NCBI GenBank assembly: GCA_963422365.1 | Contig: OY729426.1 | Coordinates: 256,001 to 320,000, forward strand | Reading direction: 5' to 3' | Origin: Nitrospirales bacterium | GTDB lineage: Bacteria; Nitrospirota; Nitrospiria; Nitrospirales; UBA8639 | Length of the DNA stretch: 64,000 bases | Part shown: positions 50,666-59,413 of the stretch, one piece after another | Position numbering within the stretch: the first letter of the stretch is position 1 | Layout of the letters: every line of letters starts with the position of its first letter | Notes under the pieces: model-generated | What the model was told of the DNA's origin: nothing | What the model saw: only the letters and a program-made list of their open reading frames with translations | Databases searched by the model: none | Program-made: the position numbers and the translations under genes

Positions 50666-52086
50666 ATGAGTGAAAACCAACCGATAACCGAAGACCTCAA
50701 AAAAGCGTTGTCGCTGAAATGGCCGGAACCCGCAATTTCGCCTGAACAACCGTGGTCCGATGATGCTATGGAGCGTGCCAAGGTTGGCGTAGCCTTGACC
50801 AATCTCATCCGCAATCAGTCGGGCCCATTAGCCATCAGTTTGAACGGGCAGTGGGGAACAGGCAAAACGTTTTTGCTCAAGCGTTGGCAGGAAGCATTGA
50901 AAAGTGGCAACTTCGCGTGCATCTACTTCAACGCGTGGGAAGACGATTTTTGCGACGACCCTTTCGTCGCACTCATCGGACAATTATCGGATTCCTTCGA
51001 GAAAGACCCGTATAAAGAAATAGTCGGCACAATCAAGAAGGCCGCCAAATTTCTGCTCGTCAAAAACATTCAGGGAGTTTTGAAGTTTACCGGTTTCACC
51101 ATTCCTGATGACCTTCCGGAGCAGCTCGCGGACAAGACGCTGAAAGCGTATTCGGAGCAAAGAAAAAACAAGGAAGCGCTCAAAACATCGTTGCAGGAAC
51201 TATCCGCCAAAGTAAAAGAAACAACCAAAAGCCCGCTCGTTTTTATCATCGATGAGCTTGACCGGTGCCGCCCGACCTTCGCCGTCGAACTACTGGAAAG
51301 AGTTAAACACGTCTTCGACATCGACAACATGGTTTTCGTTTTCGGTGTCAATCGCGATGAGTTGTGTTCGTCAATCAAGTCAATCTACGGAGAAATTGAT
51401 GCAGACGTGTATCTCCGTCGCTTCTTCGATATGGAGTTCCAATTGCCGGAAGCGAATTCGGAAACGTTTGCAGGCACTTGATCGAGCGATACGGACTCGA
51501 AGAGTTCTTTTCCAAACTGAGCAATAGTGCTGAAAACTCAGTCCATCGGAACGATTTCCGTGAGTTTCATGCTTTCTTCCCTCGTTTTTGCAGCCGCTTG
51601 GATCTGTCCCTTCGGGATATCGATTACTGCATCAGGTCTATGGCTCTCGTCGGGAAGAATATCCAGGAAAAGTTATTTATGTATCCATATCTCCTCGGCG
51701 TGCTGATTGTCTTGCGCTTGAAGAATCAACCTCTTTACTGGCGATTCATGACCGGGGAAGCACATGGTGCTGAGGTCATGGACTCTATCAACGAACTGGG
51801 TTTTCGTGCCGACGTGGACGACGATTTGAAACAGAGCCTTCTCTGGGTTGAGGTCGATTTATATCGCACGGATGATCACACGCAGGTTACCGACCAACTA
51901 GAGCTTCTGAAAGAAGGGAAACCATTGACGCATCCCGAATATTTGTCCGAGAAGACCAGAGACAGAAAATTATGGAAGGGACAAGACTTGGAAAAAATTT
52001 TAAAGAGCATGCCTTATCATGTACCAGGTCCTACAAAAAACACGATTCGATACCTTGGCGGCTTAATTGAACTTTTCCGACAATGA
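50666..52086 (+). pseudogene. KAP-family P-loop NTPase, frameshifted near 51467
   Basis: GQWGTGKT, FNAWEDD, FIIDELDRCRP, YLRRFFD; C-terminal part in the next frame. Confidence 0.85.
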
Positions 52087-53495
52087 TGGAACAAAAGCAA
52101 CAAACCATGAAGCTAACACCCTATCGCACCTACAAGCCCTCCGGTGTGGAGTGGCTCGGGGACATGCCGGCACATTGGGAGGTGCGGCGGTTGAAGCAGG
52201 TTGCTTCGCTGAATCCTAGCAGAATAGAAGCGCGTACTTCTCTTGTGGCAAAGACATCCGTAACATTTCTCCCGATGGAAAGAGTAGCTCCAGACGGGCG
52301 AATTGACTCACGGGAAGTACTGGCTGCATTCCACGTCTGGAATGGCTTCACGTACTTCCGGCGAGACGATGTTCTTGTTGCCAAGATTACACCGTGCTTC
52401 GAGAATGGCAAAGGTGCCTGCTTGGAATCATTGCCCACCGAAATAGGCTTCGGGTCAACCGAGTTTCACGTTCTGAGAGGCAAGTCCTCAATTTCGCCCC
52501 AATTTCTCTATCGTCTAACCACAGTTTCCGAGTTTCGCAGGCTGGGAGCAGAGACAATGAACGGTGCTGCCGGTCAGCAGCGAGTGCCTGCGGACTTTGT
52601 AGCCAACTACCCTATCCCCCTTCCACCCCTCCCCGAACAGACCGCCATCGTCCGTTATCTTGACCACGCTGACGGGCGGATACGCCGCTACATTGACGCC
52701 AAGCAGAAGCTCATCCGGCTGCTGGAGGAGGAAAAGCAAGCCGTCATTCACCACGCCGTCACCCGCGGCCTGCCTGCCGAAGCTGCGGCGCAGGCAGGCC
52801 TTGATCCCAACATCCGTCTTAAGCCCTCCGGCGTGGAGTGGCTCGGGGACGTGCCGGCGCATTGGGAGGTGCGGCGGTTGAAGCAGGTTGCTTCGCTGAA
52901 TCCTAGCAGAATAGAAGCGCGTACTTCTCTTGTGGCAAAGACATCCGTAACATTTCTCCCGATGGAAAGAGTAGCTCCAGACGGGCGAATTGACTCACGG
53001 GAAGTACTGGCTGCATTCCACGTCTGGAATGGCTTCACGTACTTCCGGCGAGACGATGTTCTTGTTGCCAAGATTACACCGTGCTTCGAGAATGGCAAAG
53101 GTGCCTGCTTGGAATCATTGCCCACCGAAATAGGCTTCGGGTCAACCGAGTTTCACGTTCTGAGAGGCAAGTCCTCAATTTCGCCCCAATTTCTCTATCG
53201 TCTAACCACAGTTTCCGAGTTTCGCAGGCTGGGAGCAGAGACAATGAACGGTGCTGCCGGTCAGCAGCGAGTGCCTGCGGACTTTGTAGCCAACTACCCT
53301 ATCCCCCTTCCACCCCTCCCCGAACAGACCGCCATCGTCAAATATCTCGACAAAGCGACCGCCGACATCAACACCGCTATCGCCCGCGCCCGCAGGGAAA
53401 TCGACCTCCTCCGCGAATACCGCACCCGCCTCATCGCCGACGTGGTCACCGGCAAGCTCGACGTGCGCGAGGCCGCGGCGCAACCTCGCCGATGA
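52083..53495 (+). CDS. hsdS: type I R-M specificity subunit S with two identical TRDs
   Basis: KPSGVEWLGD.PAHWEV and PPLPEQTAIV each occur twice; LIADVVTGKLDV C-terminus. Confidence 0.95.
   Translation: MMEQKQQTMKLTPYRTYKPSGVEWLGDMPAHWEVRRLKQVASLNPSRIEARTSLVAKTSVTFLPMERVAPDGRIDSREVLAAFHVWNGFTYFRRDDVLVAKITPCFENGKGACLESLPTEIGFGSTEFHVLRGKSSISPQFLYRLTTVSEFRRLGAETMNGAAGQQRVPADFVANYPIPLPPLPEQTAIVRYLDHADGRIRRYIDAKQKLIRLLEEEKQAVIHHAVTRGLPAEAAAQAGLDPNIRLKPSGVEWLGDVPAHWEVRRLKQVASLNPSRIEARTSLVAKTSVTFLPMERVAPDGRIDSREVLAAFHVWNGFTYFRRDDVLVAKITPCFENGKGACLESLPTEIGFGSTEFHVLRGKSSISPQFLYRLTTVSEFRRLGAETMNGAAGQQRVPADFVANYPIPLPPLPEQTAIVKYLDKATADINTAIARARREIDLLREYRTRLIADVVTGKLDVREAAAQPRR
52134..53339 (+). repeat. 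direct repeat with 687-bp period inside hsdS
   Basis: 52173-52652 appears identical to 52860-53339 (480 bp); three mismatches in the preceding 39 bp. Confidence 0.93.
52767..52800. repeat. in-frame palindromic mini-element in hsdS linker
   Basis: GGCCTGCCTGC-N12-GCAGGCAGGCC perfect 11-bp inverted repeat. Confidence 0.75.
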
Positions 53496-53558
53496 ACCGG
53501 AGAGCGATGACTTTTCAGGGAACATGCAATACGCAGAAGTAGATGAGGAAGCCCCGTC

Positions 53559-54735
53559 ATGAGCAGCCGACGCTTGCAAATTACACTGCAACCGGACGTG
53601 CTGCGGTGGGCGCGAGTGAGGGCCGGCTTCAGTCCGGAGCAACTGGCGGATAAACTCGCTGTACAGTCGGAGCGTGTGCAGGAGTGGGAACAGTCCGGCA
53701 AAATCAGCATTGCCCAGGCGGATAGGCTTGCCCAACGCACCCATACGCCTCTGGGCTTTCTGTACCTGACAGAACCGCCTGAGGACCACTTGCCAATACC
53801 CGATTTCCGAACTCGGAACGATGGCACGCCGCCACGGCCGAGTCCGGACCTGCTTGAAACCGTGGAGACCATGCAGCGTCGGCAAGCCTGGATGCACGAT
53901 GAACTCATTGAAGATGGAGCCGAACCTCTCAACTTCGTTGGAGCCTACGGAACAACCGATGCCCATCCCCGGCAAGTAGCCATGGCCATGCGTGATGCGC
54001 TGCAACTGGACGACAACTGGGCCTCGCAAGTGTCCACCTGGACCGATGCGCTGAGGGTTCTACGGGATCAAGCCGAAGATGCCGGTGTCCTGGTCGTTTT
54101 CAATGGCATCGTGGGAAACCACACGCGACGCAAGCTTGATCCTGATGAGTTTCAAGGCTTTGCTCTCGTTGACAAGTATGCCCCCCCTCACCTTTGTGAA
54201 CAGTGCTGACTTCAAGGCAGCGCAGATGTTCACCCTCGCCCACGAGCTGGCGCACCTCTTTGTCGGAGAGACCGGTCTCTCCATCTTCAAAGACTTTCAG
54301 CCAACGCCTCATGTCACAGAGCGTTTCTGCAACCGGACGGCTGCTGAGTTCCTGGTGCCGGAGGAAGATTTACACGATTTCTGGACTACCGCCAAGCGAA
54401 CACGTGAGCCTTATCAGGCCATTGCGCACAGGTTCAAGGTGAGTTCTCTTGTGGCCGTGCGGCGTACTCTCGATCTCAACTTAATCGACACGAATGAATT
54501 TTTCAGGTTCTACCAAGAATATAAGGACACGAAGTGGCACAGCAAACGGCATGACGGGGCCAGTGGCGGCGATTTTTGGAACACTCAAAAATGGCGCATA
54601 GGCCCACGCTTTGGCACCGCAGTCATCCGCGCGGTCAAGGAAGGGCGTCTGCTCTATCGGAAAGCGTATACCCTCACTGGCCTGAAAGGAAATACCTTTG
54701 AAAGAATGCCGGAAAAGATGGGAATGCGGCTTTGA
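53559..54735 (+). pseudogene. XRE-HTH plus ImmA/IrrE (DUF955) metallopeptidase, frameshifted at C7 (54181-54187)
   Basis: VLRWARVRAG HTH, IPDFR, EFQGFAL, shift, FTLAHELAH. Confidence 0.85.
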
Positions 54736-55267
54736 TGAACCAAGCCCGCACATTGTGTGTTAGATACGAACATCTTCGTAGAGGCGCACCGTCGCTACTA
54801 CGCACAAGACCTGTGCCCCGGGTTCTGGGAATGCTTGACTCACTATTGCCGTGAAGGACGAGTGTTGAGCATTGATCGAGTTCGTGACGAATTGATGGAA
54901 GGACCAAGTGATCAGGATAATCCGGACAAGTTGGTTGAATGGGTGAAGACCACACCGAACGATCTGTTCAAACCATCAGCGGAGCAGTCGGTCATAGAGG
55001 CTTTCGAGGAAATGATGAACTGGGTCAAGGGCAATGCGCAGTTTCGACCTGAAGCGAAAACGGAATTCGCAAACGTAGCTGATGGATGGGTGGCTGCATA
55101 CGCCAAGGTCTAACGCCATCGTGATTACTCATGAGGTATTCAACGTAGCGGTAAGGAAACGAGTGCCTCTGCCCAATGTCTGCCAACAGTTCGATCTTCG
55201 TTACCAAGACACCTTTAAGATGCTGCGCGAACTTGAAGTAAATTTTCAGTGGAGGCGGTTCCCGTGA
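54735..55267 (+). pseudogene. DUF4411 PIN-like protein, frameshifted
   Basis: LDTNIFVEAHRRYY..CPGFW, ADGWVAAYA, shift, IVITHE..VPLPNVC. Confidence 0.8.
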
Positions 55268-58200
55268 CCACCGATACCAGCGAACAAGGCCTCGAGCGCC
55301 TCATCGTCGCCGCGTTGACAGGCAGCAGCGCGGGCCCCTCAAGCCGGCGACGAATTCGTTCATGATCCCCATGGGACCTACGGCGGCGCGGGTTACGTAC
55401 CAGGGAATTCCAACGACTACGACCGCGACCATGCCGTGGATCTGGTCAAGCTCCTGGACTTTTTTCACAAGACCCAACCCCGAGTGATTGAGCAACTGGG
55501 CTTACAAGAAGACGGCCCTAGGCGACAGCAGTTTCTCGCTCGCGTCCAAGCCGAAATCGGCAAGCGCGGCGTGGTCGACGTGCTGCGCCACGGGGTGAAG
55601 CACGGCCCGGCCCACGTGGAACTGTTTTACGGATCGCCGTCACCCGACAATCCGACGGCAATCGAACGGTTTGCCGCCAACATCTTCAGCGTAACCCGGC
55701 AACTCCGCTACAGCAAGGATGAGACTCAGCTTGCGCTCGACCTCGCGTTGTTCATCAACGGTCTGCCCGTCGCCACGTTCGAACTGAAGAACCGGCTTAC
55801 CAAGCAGACCGTTGCCGATGCCGTGCAACAGTACACGCGCGACCGTGATCCGCGTGCGCTGCTGTTTCAGTTTGGCCGCTGCCTGGTCCATTTTGCCGTG
55901 GATGATCAGGAAGTCCGGTTCTGCACGCACTTGAAAGGGAAGGAGTCATGGTTTTTACCCTTCAACCAAGGCTGGAACGACGGGGCGGGAAATCCACCGA
56001 ATCCTCACGGGGTGAAGACCGATTATCTCTGGCGCACCATTCTCACGCGTGAGGGGCTCACGGATATTATTGAAAACTACGCGCAAATCGTGGAGGAGAA
56101 GGACAAGCGCACTGGACGAAAGCAACGCAACCAGATTTTCCCACGCTTTCACCAACTCGACGTCGTACGGAGGCTTTTGGCCTCCATCCCTTCACAGGGG
56201 GTCGGCCACCGCTATCTTATCCAACATTCGGCGGGAAGCGGCAAAAGCCATTCCATCACTTGGCTTGCGCATCAATTAGTGGGATTGGAACACAACCGTT
56301 CCCCACTCTTCGACTCGGTCATCGTCATCACGGACCGCACCGTGCTGGACAAACAGATTCGGGACACCATCAAGCAGTTCGCTCAAGTGGCGGCGACGAT
56401 CGGACATGCCACGCATTCAGGCGATTTGCGAACCTTTGTCGCTAGCGGCAAGAAAATCATCATCACGACCGTGCAGAAATTTCCCTTGATCCTTGACGAG
56501 ATCGGGAACGAACATCGTGGACGAAGGTTTGCCATCCTGATTGACGAAGCGCACTCCAGCCAAGGCGGACGAACGGCCGCGAAGATGAACGTCGCATTGT
56601 CGGCAGAAGGCGTTCAAGACAAGGAGGAAACGACTGAAGACGCGATCAACCGCATGATGGAATCGCGGAAGATGCTGCCCAATGCCAGCTACTTTGCCTT
56701 TACCGCCACGCCGAAGCATAAAACCCTCGCAGTCTTCGGCGAAGCGTATCAGGAGGGAGACACCATCAAGCATCGGCCTTTCCATGCTTACACCATCAAG
56801 CAGGCGATCCAGGAGGGATTTATCCTTGACGTGTTACGACACTATACCCCCGTGGACAGCTATTACCGTCTGATGAAGACCGTGGCGGACGACCCGGCGT
56901 TTGACACGAAGACGGCGCAGAAGAAACTGCGGCGGTACGTCGAGTCGCACCAATATGCCATCCGCGCGAAAGCAGAAATCATGGTTGACCATTTCCATCA
57001 GCAGGTTTTGGCGAGACACAAGATCGCTGGAAAAGCCCGTGCGATGGTCGTAACCGGAAGCATTCAGCGCGCGATTCACTATTTTCACGCCTTCCACGAG
57101 TATCTGAGAGAGCGGAAGAGTCCGTGGCGGGCTCTCGTCGCCTTTTCCGGGGAACACGACGATGACGGCCGGAAGGTCACGGAGGCTTCGCTCAACGGCT
57201 TCCCCGGCCATACGATTACGACTCGTATTCAGGAAGATCCATATCGCTTTCTGATCTGCGCCGATAAATTCCAAACCGGCTACGATGAACCGTTGCTGCA
57301 CACGATGTACGTGGACAAGATTCTCTCCGGCATCAAGGCGGTGCAGACGCTCTCCCGCCTCAACCGCGCGCACCCGAAGAAGCATGACACGTTCGTACTG
57401 GATTTCATGAACGATTCAGATACAATCCAAGCGGCTTTTGAAGACTACTACCGCACCACGATCCTCGCCGGCGAGACCGATCCGAACAAGCTCCATGATC
57501 TCAAAGCCATCCTCGATGGCTGCCACGTCTGCGACAACACAGCGATTGATCTGTTCGTTGAACGGTACCTCGATGGGGCTGATCGTGACCGACTCGATCC
57601 GATCCTCGATGCCTGTGTCGAGACCTACATCAACACACTGGATGAAGATGGCCAGGTTGTCTTCAAAGGCCATGCGAAAGCCTTTGTGCGGACCTACGAG
57701 TTTCTCGCCGCGATCTTGCCCTTCACCAATTCGGCTTGGGAAAAACTGTCCATTTTCCTGAGCTTTTTAATTCCAAAACTCCCGGCTCCTCAGGAGGAAA
57801 ACCTTTCCACCGGTCTTCTTGAGTCCATCGACATGGACGGCTACCGGGTTGAGGTCCGGTCGACCATGGCTGTGACCCTTGCCGATGAAGACGCCGAAAT
57901 CGAGCCGATTCCCACGAGGAGCGTCAGTGGGAAACCCGAAGCGGAACTCGATCATCTCAGTCACATTCTTCGCAGCTTCAACGAGCAATTCGGCAACATT
58001 GACTGGAAAGACGCCGACAAGATTCGACGAGTCATTACCGTGGACATTCCCGCGAAAGTTGCCGCGAATACCGCCTATCAAAACGCGATGAAACATTCGG
58101 ATAAGCAGAATGCCCGAATCGAACACGACACCGTTCTTCAGGAGGTCATCATCGATCTGATGACGGACCACACGGAACTGTTTAAACAATTTAGTGACAA

Positions 58201-58270
58201 CCCGTCATTTAAGAAGTGGCTGGCCGATACGATCTTCCGAGAAACCTATCTCCCACGAGGGCCCTCGTGA
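55264..58270 (+). pseudogene. hsdR: type I R-M restriction subunit R, frameshift near 5' end
   Basis: GTG start MTTDTSEQGLERLI is out of frame with the 944-aa body (FELKN, HSAGSGKS, DEAH, FTATP, QTLSRLNR); shift near 55333-55340. Confidence 0.85.
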
Positions 58271-58322
58271 CCTTCTTCCTCAATGGAGAAGGAATGTAAA
58301 GGCTGGGACTGATTGCTGGGGA

Positions 58323-58706
58323 TCAGGAATTGAGCAGGTATTGCCGGATGAGGGAAAGCAGTTCATCTTCTTCGACTGTTCCTTCACGGGTCAGAAGCAA
58401 GTTCCCTCGAGAATAGAGATGCGTGGTGGGGTACGTTTCAAACTGATGCTGTTTTTTCATTTTCCGGCACCGGCCAGGCACGTGCATCTTGGCCTTTCCA
58501 ATGCGAACGGTGGGAAGCTTTCGGGCAACCGCTGCCAAGATGGGATCATAGGCCGCACAGGGTTCGCAGGAGGCAATGCCATAGGCAACCACGGTTGCTT
58601 CCGCCCCCTTGAATTCTTCGTAATTTTCGTCAGTGACGTTTTCTACGGTTCCGGCCACTTGGATCCGTTTCTTGTTGGTGTCCTCAAAAATCAAGGGGGA
58701 TCCCAT
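58323..58706 (-). CDS. thioredoxin family protein
   Basis: CEPC active-site motif and YPT cis-Pro loop. Confidence 0.85.
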   Translation of the reverse strand: MGSPLIFEDTNKKRIQVAGTVENVTDENYEEFKGAEATVVAYGIASCEPCAAYDPILAAVARKLPTVRIGKAKMHVPGRCRKMKKQHQFETYPTTHLYSRGNLLLTREGTVEEDELLSLIRQYLLNS

Positions 58707-58745
58707 GTTCGTGGAATCCCCCTTCAACACGTCTCAACGCGACCG

Positions 58746-59216
58746 TTAGCTTAACTGTTTCAATACGTCCAAAATCTCTTTGTCATCCCGAGCCGTTTTG
58801 ATTTCCTGCACTTTGACATAGGCCGCCTTGCCTTCTTTATCCACAATCACCGTCGCTCGTTTGGAACAATTGAGGTCCGGAAAATACAATCCATAGGCCT
58901 TGCAGACCGTACGATGCATATCGGCTAACAAGGTGTGTTTCAACTCGAGTGAGTCGGCCCAGGCCTTATGAGAAAAAAAGCTATCCGTGCTGATACCGAA
59001 CACTTCGGCATTGGCATCGGAAAAGCTCGGAAAATCGTCCGTCAAACATTTATTTTCACCCGTACAGACCGGACTCCAATCCAGGGGATAAAAGGCCAAG
59101 ACCACATTCTTCTGACCCTTAAAACTACTCAGCGTGACCTCGTTCCCATCCTGGTTCTTCAGGGTAAAATCGGGAGCCGCATCGCCAACTTTTATTTCCG
59201 AAGCAACATCAGACAT
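58746..59216 (-). CDS. peroxiredoxin (AhpC/TSA family, AhpE-like)
   Basis: [27 protein letters not shown]. Confidence 0.9.
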   Translation of the reverse strand: MSDVASEIKVGDAAPDFTLKNQDGNEVTLSSFKGQKNVVLAFYPLDWSPVCTGENKCLTDDFPSFSDANAEVFGISTDSFFSHKAWADSLELKHTLLADMHRTVCKAYGLYFPDLNCSKRATVIVDKEGKAAYVKVQEIKTARDDKEILDVLKQLS

Positions 59217-59413
59217 CAAACAGCCTCCTTCTTGAATTCGTTATGAGAGAAATGGGCAGAACGCCCATTCTGCGTTGTTTACAGAATGTTTTCTGTAGCA
59301 CGTCCCTTAAAAGTTTGTCAACCAGGCAGAGGCGCTTGTCTTTTGCATCAACCAAGGGTATCGTAAATTCATATAAGCCCTATCCACTAGAGAAACAACC
59401 TCTGAACTTGACA

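Noticed and set aside
52134..53339. Diversity-generating retroelement or invertible shufflon explanation for the hsdS repeat
   Set aside because: Copies are direct and show no adenine-specific differences; no reverse transcriptase or invertase in the window.
44549..58322. Att sites or target duplication bounding the R-M island
   Set aside because: No matching direct repeats, tRNA or integrase found by eye.
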